From NCBI GenBank assembly GCA_964527765.1, contig CAZGQR010000003.1, positions 6,156 to 70,155 on the forward strand: a stretch of DNA of 64,000 nt, given 5' to 3'. The notes beneath the pieces are model-generated. The model saw nothing but the letters and a program-made list of their open reading frames with translations, made no database searches and was not told the origin of the DNA. This document shows positions 41,237-52,000 of this stretch, one piece after another. This DNA comes from an uncultured Planctomycetia bacterium (GTDB lineage: Bacteria; Omnitrophota; Gorgyraeia; Tantalellales; Tantalellaceae). Position 1 is the stretch's first letter. Every line of letters starts with the position of its first letter. The position numbers and the translations under genes are program-made.

Positions 41237-42529
41237 TTACAATCCTATTTTCTTGAAAATCTTATCGATGTGCCTGAGGTGATGATCGAGCCGGAAACAA
41301 TCCTCGACCTCGCCGCCGGACATGTACTTCTTGACCCTTTCGCTTCCAAGCACGGAGTCCTTGAAGTTCCCGTCCTCCTCGCTCGTTCTAAGGGCAAGGC
41401 CCTGCACGATCTCATACGCTTCCATGCGCGTGGCGCCTTTTTTGATAAGCTCAAGCAACAGCCGCTGCGAATAGATAAGTCCCCCCGTAGCTCCGATATT
41501 GTCCAGCATCTTTTCTTCATTCACGATGAGCGTGGAGATCAGGTTCGTTGTTTTATCCAGCGCGTAATCCAGTAGGATCGTGGAGTCGGGCACGATTATG
41601 CGCTCAACGGACGAATGTGAGATATCCCGTTCGTGCCACAGGGCCACGTTCTCCATGGCGGCGACCGCATTGCCCCTAAGCACCCTGGCCAGGCCCGTTA
41701 TCCGTTCGCAGATGATCGGATTCTTCTTATGCGGCATGCTGGAAGACCCGGTCTGGCGACGGGCGAAAAATTCCTGCACTTCGCCGATCTCCGTTCTCTG
41801 CAGTCCGCGTATCTCGACCGCTATTTTTTCCAGCGTCGCGCCGACGATCGCGATGGCGCTAAGATACTGGGCGTGCCTGTCCCTCTGCAGCACCTGACTG
41901 GATACTCCGGCGGGTTCTAAATGCAGTTTCCGGCATACATATTCCTCAACGGAAGGATCTACGTTGGCAAATGTCCCTACTGAACCGGATATCTTCCCGA
42001 CAGCGATAACATTTCTGGCTTCGCGCAATCTTTTCAGATTGCGTTCCATCTCTTTATAAAAAAGCGCCATCTTGAGGCCGAATGAAGTGGGTTCGGCGTG
42101 CACTCCGTGCGAGCGCCCGACCATGGGAGTATTCTTGAATTTCAGGGCCTTTTCTTTCAGGGCCGCCATGAGCCCTTCCGCGTCCTTTATGAGAATATCC
42201 ATGGCTTCCGCCATCATAACGGAAAGAGCCGTATCCAGGATATCGCTGGAAGTCAGGCCAAAATGAAGATATTTGGCGTCTTCGCCTACGTTTTCGGATA
42301 TATTCCTGATAAAAGCGACTACATCGTGGTGGGTTTCGCTCTCGATCTCTTTGATCCGCCCGACATCAAAATCGGCCTTCTCCCTGATGGTCTTTACCGC
42401 TTCTTTAGGGATCAGGCCCTGCCTGGCAAACGCTTCACAGGCCAATATCTCGATATCAAGCATCTTGCGAAATTTGTTCCCGTCCGCCCATATTCTGGCC
42501 ATTTCCGGACGCGTGTATCGCTCTATCAT
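41237..42529 (-). CDS. purB: Adenylosuccinate lyase
   Basis: MIERY (ATG 42529), HFGLTSSD, GRSHGVHAEP, GSSSMPHKKNP. Confidence 0.98.
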   Translation of the reverse strand: MIERYTRPEMARIWADGNKFRKMLDIEILACEAFARQGLIPKEAVKTIREKADFDVGRIKEIESETHHDVVAFIRNISENVGEDAKYLHFGLTSSDILDTALSVMMAEAMDILIKDAEGLMAALKEKALKFKNTPMVGRSHGVHAEPTSFGLKMALFYKEMERNLKRLREARNVIAVGKISGSVGTFANVDPSVEEYVCRKLHLEPAGVSSQVLQRDRHAQYLSAIAIVGATLEKIAVEIRGLQRTEIGEVQEFFARRQTGSSSMPHKKNPIICERITGLARVLRGNAVAAMENVALWHERDISHSSVERIIVPDSTILLDYALDKTTNLISTLIVNEEKMLDNIGATGGLIYSQRLLLELIKKGATRMEAYEIVQGLALRTSEEDGNFKDSVLGSERVKKYMSGGEVEDCFRLDHHLRHIDKIFKKIGL

Positions 42530-42585
42530 GTTTTTCTCCCCTGTTATCGAGAAAAAACGGACATTGGGTCTCAACCGGAGTATTT

Positions 42586-42688
42586 TTTATAGCATATATA
42601 ATATCCTCTGTCAATAAGTCAGTTTTTGGGCCTTGCGGCGGCGGCGGATAAAAAACAGCTTGCCTCTACATGCCAGATTTGTTATAAT
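42586..42688. promoter_or_regulatory. Divergent sigma70 promoters for purB (minus) and tRNA-fMet (plus)
   Basis: Minus: TTGACA(42614-42609)-17-TATAAA. Plus: TTGCCT(42660-42665)-17-TATAAT(42683-42688). Both have a TG extension. Confidence 0.65.
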
Positions 42689-42717
42689 CTCCATTCATTG
42701 TGAGTTTAATTCTATCG

Positions 42718-42792
42718 CGCGGGGTGGAGCAGAGGTAGCTCGTGAGGCTCATAACCTCAAGGTCGGCGGTTCGATTCCGCCCCCCGCAACCA
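42718..42792 (+). tRNA. Initiator tRNA-fMet(CAU)
   Basis: CGCGGGGTGGAGCAGAGGTAGCTCG-TGAGG-CT-CAT-AA-CCTCA-AGGTCGGCGGTTCGATTCCGCCCCCCGCAACCA; C1:A72 mismatch; encoded CCA. Confidence 0.95.
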
Positions 42793-42804
42793 ACTTCACC
42801 AACC

Positions 42805-43019
42805 TCAGGGACGTTTCTCATTTTGTTCCTAGACCGTAAATTATTTTACTCCCAGACCTGTCCCTAAATTTGTTCTCAGACCTGTCCCTCTACTTATTCT
42901 CTAAATTATTGGGGACAGGTCTGAGATTGGCCTTGGGGACGGGTCTGAGATTGAATCTGGGGACAAATCTAGGTTTAGGATTTTGTGCGGTCTAGGTTTG
43001 ATTTGAAAAACGTCCCTGA
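42805..43019. repeat. Nested palindromic element B (215 bp)
   Basis: Terminal IR TCAGGGACGTTTCTCA/TGAAAAACGTCCCTGA (15/16), second IR CCTAGACCG/CGGTCTAGG, and CAGACCTGTCCCT x2 (42853, 42877) facing GGGGAC units at 42911, 42935, 42959; 24-bp period. Confidence 0.9.
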
Positions 43020-46000
43020 TTATGCTGCGGTGCGGATTTTTGTTTCCTGGGTTCTATATCTTTCACGCAGTTCTTCGAATTCGACAGGTATCGCTTTTGG
43101 AAGGATGAAAATGTAGATGTCGGGGAATCTTTCGTCTTTCTTTACTGTTATGCCAAAGTCCCCGCTGTCTATACCCGGATCAAAGGCAAGCTCAAAAGCC
43201 AGCGTCAGCATTTCCATGATATAACTGTAAGTATTTTCGGTCAAATTCCTATTGTCCACCCCCGCCAGGAAAATGTCCTTATCTTTTCTCAGGGCCTCGA
43301 ATTCCCCGGAGGTAACGGTATTTTCATGGGATAACACTATGACTTTCGCGTCTTCATTACCCTTCTTGGCTTTTTCGGTCTTTACGGCTGTCAGCAGGTC
43401 TTTATCTTCCCTGTCTATAAAAATTATGTTCTGCGACTTGCAGAAACCCCTTAAGGCCATTATCAGGCGGTTCAGGACCTGGTGCTGGAGAGATCCTTTC
43501 TTTTCATATCCTCTTATCCAATCCGTCCCGAGAGCAAAAATAACTTTCTCACCCGGTTTTTTCCTTTCAAATGCCCGGACAATAGCGGTATCAATAAAAT
43601 CCTGAGCGATCTTTGCATCCCTGTCAATAGCGTGCTCCTTTTCCCTGTCCTCGGCTTTGGCCCGCTCGGAACTGGGCGGCATAATGGATCGCCACTCCTT
43701 CAGTTGCCTGAACCCTTTAACATCATTTTTAAACCCTTTATAGCCGTACATTATGGTGAACAGCGCATCCGGCCGCGTATATCCTTCTTTGCGCGGCAGG
43801 ACCGCGGCAATCACCGCCTTATTCTTCACGACATGGAAGTTCTCGACCAAATCGCGCGCCTTTGCCTTTTCCTCTTTGAAAAACTCTTCCGGGAGAATAA
43901 ACCCTTCCTCTGCGATACGCCTGAGATATGTCTCGTACCCGCCCCCTCTCAGGGAAACCAGATAAAGAAATATGCCGTATTTCTCTATAATCTTCTCCGG
44001 GATGCCTTTTTTCTCCAGCTCTTCCCTGAACCCATCAAAACCGACAGCCGGACTGAACGTGCTTATATAAGGAACGTCATCAAAATGTGCTTTTGCTTTA
44101 TCTATAAACATCTGACCAAGGTTTATATTCCGGGTGGCATCGTCTTTTGAGGATCCTATCGCCCAGAAAAGAAGCGTATCAAAAGGACCTTTACCGGATT
44201 TTCCGCTGAACATGTTATCCCATAAAGGATATTCTTCGATTTTTGCAAGTTCGCCTCCCGTATTAAGCGGATAAGTAAGAAGAACGCCCCTGACCGGCTT
44301 TTCGATCCCCTTGATCTTCAATAGATAGACCATTTTTTGCCGTATAAGGTGCCGCATTTGCTCTTTTGTCAGTTGTAAAAATTTGCTCCTCACCCAGGAC
44401 TCGTTATGGACGGAAAGAGCCTCGTCCAGTTCGGCTGCACCGGCCTGCGTGATCTCCGTTACTTCCCAGTTTATTATGTTGCATAGTGATCTGCCTAATC
44501 GCCCTTCGTACAATTTCGATTCATCCGGCGAGGCAATTGTCCGGAAAAGATATTCGTCAACCAGTTCCGGCGGCCCGTGATTCTGCAACCAGGCGATCAC
44601 ATCGGTGGCAAGAAAGAGTTCCCCGGCTTCCGCATCGTTCCGGTACAGGATAAAATCATCGGGTGATTCCATTATGGACTTAAAGCCGTATATCTTATAT
44701 TCCTTCAGCTTCTCCAGCTGATCCTGCAATCGGCTTCTGTCTTCATGGGATAATTCTTCTCCTTTCAGGGCATCTTTAAACAAGCTGATTATTTTATCCT
44801 TATATTGCCCGGTAATATCGTTCTGTCTCGTTTCCGAAAGCTGAGACCTGAATTTCCCGCGGGCCCCTGCGGTTTCGTCGTCCGCGCGGAGGTTATCTTC
44901 CTCGGGCTGCGGAAGGGGAAGATTCGGCACGGTCACCGGACCTTCGAAGGGAACCATCCCGTTTGGCCCGTATTTGATCACAAAATCATTGGGCTCAATG
45001 CCGAATTCGCGCAGTTTCGAGACAAGCCCCAGTTCCTTCATCAGGTCAAACGTGGCTTTCTGATTTCTGGAAAACCGGAATATCAACGTCAGGGTATCTT
45101 CCAGCCTTTCCTTCATATAAGGATCTTCTTCCCATTGATAAGTTTCGGCGCATTCCTTTATCAGCTTTTTGGTCTGCGGCGTAAGTTCAAGATCAAATAG
45201 ATCGATAAATTGGACAGCCCGTAAAAATTGCGGCATGTGCAGGTTCTCCGGCGCTATTTTTTCTTTCTCGCCTGTCTTTTTGCCTACCAGGCGCGCCGCT
45301 TTCCTCTTGAAATCCGCTATCCCCCCGTGTATATCTATGAGTTCTATCTCATCCCCTACTATCTTGAATCCGATCCTGTTCATGGACAGATCCGCCATCG
45401 GATCCGGCTCTATGTTGCCTTCTTCGTCAAGCACGCCCAGAACATCTATCGGAAAACCCCGGAAATTAAGGAACGCTTTTTCGAAGAGCCTGTAGGGAAT
45501 ATCCTCCACTTCTATCCTGTTACCTGCCTTGCTCAGCGCAAATGCAAGGTCGGACATGGTATCCCACGTGTTTACGCCCGTCTTTTCCTGTATGGCCTCT
45601 TTTTCAATAACAATGTCAAAATCCGACGGCGTCTTGTTAAGCAATAAGCTCCTTACCGCGCCGCCATAGATGATAATGCGGCTCAGGTCATTTCTCCTGA
45701 GGAACTGTAAAAATGTCTTAACTATTCCTTCCGGAAGCTCGTCGATCCTGAACCTGCTGCCATGGCCTAGATCTTTTCTTTCCATCAAAGGCAGTTTCCT
45801 GGGCCTGGTAAGAAATTCTTCCCTCTGAAGTTCTATCTCTTCATCCAGCGTTGCCGCGAATTCCCAGGCCTTGTCGGGCTCGAAAATGAACCATTCAAGA
45901 AAGTCCGGCGAATGCGTTGTCTGCATCCCGATGATCTTGAAGAAGGCCCTTCTCGCCTGGGGACGGATGAACACCCTGCCTTCCCCGCCTTCCCTCAAGC

Positions 46001-49000
46001 TTATGTTGATCAGGCTTTCGACCATCCGTCTGCCGACGCCCCTTAACTTTCTTCCTTCCTTTTCCCTTTCCGTATTATGGCGGGCGACCTCCAGGATCTT
46101 GATGCAAACACCGGGGCCCAGACCATACCTTCCTTCCCTGTCCATCTCATAGACGCATAATGCCTCCAGTATCCCTTTCGCGGTATAGGCCTTCAGGACT
46201 TTGTATTTTTCGTCAACGTTCTTCCATTGATCGTCTTTTTTCATGAACTGCGTGAACCATCGGAACATCTTGGTGTATTCGCCCTGTATGAGCTGATGCA
46301 CCTCATCGGAATCCGCCGGCTCTATCCAGATCTTTATCCTGTCCCCGCTTTTGGCCCCCATGACGAAAGTGGATACTGCGCCTTCCTCTCTTTCCTGCGC
46401 TTTCTCCTTTTCTTCCGGCTGATGAGAAATGGGCGTTTCGAACTGTTGGGAAGGAAACATGGTAACGGATATTTTTGTCTCGTTCGGGTCCGATTCGAAG
46501 AGGTCGGCATGGTTCCCGGCCGGGTCATGATAATACCTTACGCCTTTGCCCCTGCTGGCGCCTTCCACCGTAATGTCATCGATCCGCCCGAGGCGCCTGA
46601 GGCCCGACAGAAAAACACCTCTCACCGATTCAAGGGTGCTCTCCGGGGACACATATTTTCTTCTTACCCGTGGTTTTTCAAACGCATCGGGCACCGGTAT
46701 GCCCCTGCCGCGGTCCACGGCCATGATACGCACGCCCACCGTGCCGTCCGCCCTTTTGACCTTTTCGATCCTGAAATAGAAATCAGCTTCGGGCTGCGCG
46801 AGTGAAACGAACTCCTGCATGTTCTTGACCAGCTCACCGAACAGAAATTCCGCCAGTTGCGCGCGGTTGCGGAAATCCTGCGGAACGACCGGCGCAACGC
46901 CCGGGTCAAAGCCGATGGGTTCCCTGGCATCCCCGGGGCTTAAGGCCTTGAACATCTCCATTGCCTTGCGGTTTTTGGCATCAACGGTCGGGCGGCGCAA
47001 AGGCGATTCCGCTTCTTCCTTGGTTACGACGACTGAATCCAGAACCGAAAGATCTTCGGGCGGCTGTGCGTGACGGGAAACTATATATTTTTTCTCGAAT
47101 TCGCCCTGGTCAAGTCCGGATCGACCGGAGAGACGCTCCTCTATTATATCCCTCAAAGCCTTTCCCAATAATCCCTTGTACGGGGTGAATTTAAGCTGCT
47201 CCTGAAGTTTTCTTTTATCGGGATAATTGTCGGGAAAAAGGTCCTGCTGGACTAAAATGGCGTTGTAATGGCCCAGGAAGGGGCAGAGAAGTTCGTGCAG
47301 CAGATATTCGTCGACAATGGCCGGAGAACCGCGGTTTTCCAGTTCGGTAATAACATCAGTGGCAAAGAACAGTTCTTCTCCTTCATCATTCCGCCCCAGG
47401 AAAAAATCGTCCGGTCCGTTTACAATAGACTCAAAGCCGTATATCCTGGTCTTCCCTTTCCGCAGTCCCTCCAGCAGGCCCTTCAGGGATATTCTCTCGT
47501 ACTGCGGTATCTCAAGCTGCGGCAGGTCGATCATGCCCGATAACCGTACTATCCTGTCCCTGTATTCGTCCGTAATATCGTTCTTTTTGATATCATCAAG
47601 CCGTGACAGGAATTCTTTCAGCGGATACACGCCCTGCCATATAAAACCGTCGGGCCCCGCATTGCCGGGCATTATTGCCGAAAATGCTTTCTTCAATCTC
47701 GTGTTTTTGGCAATTCTATCTATGATATTCTTGCAGACCCCAAGGACCGAAGATTCGCTCATGCCATACCTGTCCATCAACTCCCTGGTTGTGTCATCAT
47801 CAAAATACTTTTCCTTGAAGATCTGTATATCCCTTTCCTTGTGCCTGGTATCCGGAAGGACCTCCTTCAGAAGGTCCAGAAGCTCCTTTATTTCTTCATC
47901 GGTCAGCGCCGTGAGCCGACCTCTGCGGAAAATATGATCGGCATCTTCCTTAATGGGACCGGTCAGACTTACTTCTCTATTCCTTTTGAGGCGCCTGTAA
48001 TGATCCATTAAGGCATTTTGGAAAGCCGCCTGAAAATACGGCACGAATATCTCGTGCTTGTGATCTCCGAACGCCAGCACCGTCTTCATGAGAACATCGT
48101 TCAGAAGGTCGGACAGGCCGTGATCCCCGATATCATCCTTATGATTATTCATTACGCCCTGCACGGCATGTTTGCATACGGCATGAAGAGCGACGAAACT
48201 GGCCTTGTTGCCCGTTTCCGCATCCAGGGCCAAGGCGACTATATCGGCGTTGGTTAAGCTGCCAAAATGCCGTTTGACAAATTTTTCAAGGCCGTGGGGC
48301 AGATCTTCGTATCCCCTGTACCTGTGCAACAGCTCCTTCGTCTTTGACCAGCTGTCCTCTGTAAACCTGAGCTCCTTTCTTCTTAAGGGCAGGAGGTTCC
48401 TTATCCCCAGATGTTTCTTGATTATTCTGAGAGCCCTGTGAAAAGAACCTCTGCCGGAAAGCCCGTTCATTCTCACGTAAAACGTTAGAAGGCCGGACAG
48501 TGATTTGCCGCCGAACGCCTCAAGCTGTTTGGCAAGATCGACCGTATCCACTTCCCCGGATTTTTTACCCGCCTCCCGCGCAAGTATTTCCACAAGATGA
48601 CGGCGGGCCTCCTTCATTACCCTGGGCCACCTGATCTTCTTTTTCCTGAATTCTTCCAGCACGGTGTCGGGGCCTATAATTATGCCGCCTTTTTCAAGCT
48701 TTTCTCTGGCGGCTTTTGTCTCGGCGCTGGCGGGTTTTGCGCCAAGATCCTTAAGGATGGATGTTACGATCTCCAATTCAACAGGTTTCAAGACCATCGC
48801 CCGGTATACCGCGCCCCTGCCGCTCCCTTTTCTTTCCACAAGGCCGAGACGGTCCAGCACCCCCAGGTCGCGTTTTATTGTATGTTCCATCGACAGGCCG
48901 CTCTTTCCGGCGATATCCTGAGCCGAAATAAATCTGTTTTCCGCCCTGAGGATCTCGAACGTGTTGTAGGGCGAGCCTTCGGAGGTCGGCGGCACTGCGC

Positions 49001-52000
49001 CGGGCTCCGGGCGCTTTTTGCCGATCATGATGCCGTCCACTTCCTTTATAAGCTCGGTCAGAAGTCTATCGCCGGCGTTTTCCTTCTCGGATAGTTCCTT
49101 GTACTTTTTTAAGGCCCTTACCAGCTTATTGATTTTTCTCGTCGGTTTTCTTCTCTTTTTGTCGGGCAGTTTGCGGAACGTCGATTTTATGCTCTCCAGC
49201 AGAGTGACACACAGGGCATATACATCGTCCCTGGGCAGGCAAAGTTCTCTTGTCGGGGTATCTTCGGCTTTGACCCTGTTGATCCTGTCCCCGCTCATGT
49301 AATACCCTTTGGTGAACCATTTCCGGATCTTGTTTATCCTTCCCCCCTTGTCCAGCGGGGTCACGGTGTCATTATCGACATACACCACTCTTTTTAACGC
49401 TCCGTTATCTTCCACGGCCATGATCGCGGTGGGGTCGATATCGCCGTGAACATACCCGTTATTCAAGTAGGTCTGCCTGTATCCTTTCAGGGTCTTTTCC
49501 GCCAGGTCAAGAAAGGCCGATTCTACGGCACGAAGGGGCCTCAGGCGCAGCGCCCTGGCATGATCTTCCAGGGTCCTGCCGTCAATGAATTCAAAAAGAG
49601 GCACTTTCTTGCTTGAAAACCCGTCCATGCCGTCCGTGGGGACCAGGCCGATGAACTTGGGCAGGCAGGGGTTTGTATTCGCGGGGTTTATGAAGGAAAG
49701 GATCTCGACCTGAGGCAGCAGGAAGATCTCCAAATTGCCGTGCCGATGGCCATACAATGTCGAATCTTTCGTAATATAATAATTGCCCTTTTTGAGCTCT
49801 ATCGCGTTGGTGAGGATCTTATCTTCCCCGACATATTCGTATTTCCGCAACACGGAATTGCCCGTTTTAATAAGCCCGGTAAATTTAAAATCTCTTTCAA
49901 AATTCCTTATGCGGGGGACCCTGCTGACCGCTTTCCGGACCGCCTGAACATCCTTTTCGGGGGGTGCGGCGCTAAGCGTGATAATGGAAAATAAACGTCG
50001 GCGGAGCCTTTCCTTTGCTGCTCGTTTTTCCCCGGCGGAAGGCCGCGGGCCGAGCTTTTTAAGGACGGGTTCCGCGATCTCCCATCCTGCCGGGCTCAGT
50101 TCCATCGCCCTGAATATGGCGTAATCGCCTTCACCGTCCTTTTCGACCAGACCGAGAAAAACGAGTGTCCCCAGGTCGCGTTTTACCACTTCAAGCGAAA
50201 GATGCCCGTCTGGCATCCCTCCTTTCGTTTCCAGCCGGATCTGCTCGGCAAAGGCAAAGCCTTCTTTTGCCCGCAGGATCTCGAACATGCTGCATGGAGA
50301 GCCTTCGGCAGGCGGATCTTCACGCTGCAAACCATCTCCCCTGCCCGATCTCGCCTTCTCCTTGGAAATTATATAGGCCCTTGAATTGCTGACCAGGCCG
50401 AATGAGTCTGCGGAAACCGCCAGTCCCGTTTTTTCGCTCAGCAGTTCCTCCACATACTTCAAGTAGCTGTTGACCAGAACCGCTTTGCCGCCATCGGTCA
50501 TATGTTCAGCTATATTTGCGGCGACCCGCTTCAGGACCGCTTCGCCAAAGTCCTTTACGTTCCTGTCATCGGGCGTTATCAGCCCGGTACCCAGGTCCAC
50601 ACTGCTCCCGTGCGGCATGGTTATATGCGGCATGTTGAATATGATAAGGTCATACTGACCCAGCCCGTCGAACAGGTCATTGCGAAAGGCGTTTACCCTG
50701 CTCCCGGCGCCTCCCAAAGAACAGGTGAGCTTCGTGTTCTCCACCGCCATCTCTTTTATGTCCACCGCGTCTACAAAAGCCCCTTTCTCGGCGGCTATGC
50801 GGGCCTCAAGCCCGCTGCCCGTCCCGATGACCAGCACCTTCATCCCGGGTTTGGCGTATTTTAAGGCGGCTTTCGCGCTTACTTCGCTTGAGGGGTTGAC
50901 GCCGGTATAAACACCCGGCAGAACAGGAATGCTTAAAACCGTCATACCCGGCGGGTATGCTTTGCCGTCGGTGGGCGGGGCGGACTTTATCTCGATCAAT
51001 TCTCCGGAATTATCGAACATGGCATACGCGTAAGCGGACTTAAGAACCCGGGGCCAGAAATCGGGGAACAATTTCTTCTTTCTTTTTTTCGCGGATTCCG
51101 CTTTCCTCTTGTCGCTGTCCCCGTAATAAACGGACAGGTCTATGACCACGGGGTCCTTGCCTGTTCTTTGCAGGCTTAAAAACAGAGGTTTATCGTTATG
51201 GTTCACTATCGACAGGGCCCCTTCCAGCTCATCCTTCTCCAAGACCCTGAATGCCGTCCTGATCGCGTAACTGTTGAGTTTTTCCAGCGGCACCTCGGCA
51301 ATGTCGAACCCTTTTTCCCTTCGCCACTCCAGTTTCGCGGGAACAATACCCAATGCCCTGAAGATCCTGCTCGCGACTTCAGAAAATTCCGCGGGCGGCT
51401 GGATCAGGTGAAATTCCAGCGTTATCATCGTGCCGGCAGTGATATCGCTCGTGCCGCTCTGGGCGAACCAGAGCCCGGCATTCTCGTCCGTGCTGATCCC
51501 GGTCCACTTCTCGCCATACGCTTTTCTGCCTTTCGACTCGATCACGACATGATCCGGATCGAACGCTATCCTTTTGAAGCCGAAGCCCCTGAGCGCGCCT
51601 TCCGCGGCTTTGATGCTGTCCCTGACCAGTTCGTTCGGATCACGCGTCAGGCCTTCTCCGTTATCCACGGCAACGATCTTCAGGCCGGTGATCGCGCCGG
51701 ACTTGTCCCTTCCGGCGTACACCCGGATGACACCTCCCCTGCCGTGTTCCATGATATTGCGCGCCAGCTCGTTGAGAACGTCGTCTATGCTGACTCTTTT
51801 ACCTTCCGGAACTTCTTCGATGCTCTTGATGAATTTTCTTATTTCGCCGGACACAAAATCCTCATGGGCTTCGGTAATAATGCCCGGCATCTCAAGCTCA
51901 AACACGGGTCCGGCCGGGTCGGGGGCCTTGCGTTTTATCCCCGCCCATTTCCTTGCCACGACCTTGGTGCCCCCGTGCTCCATTTCCGCGTCCCTGGCCT

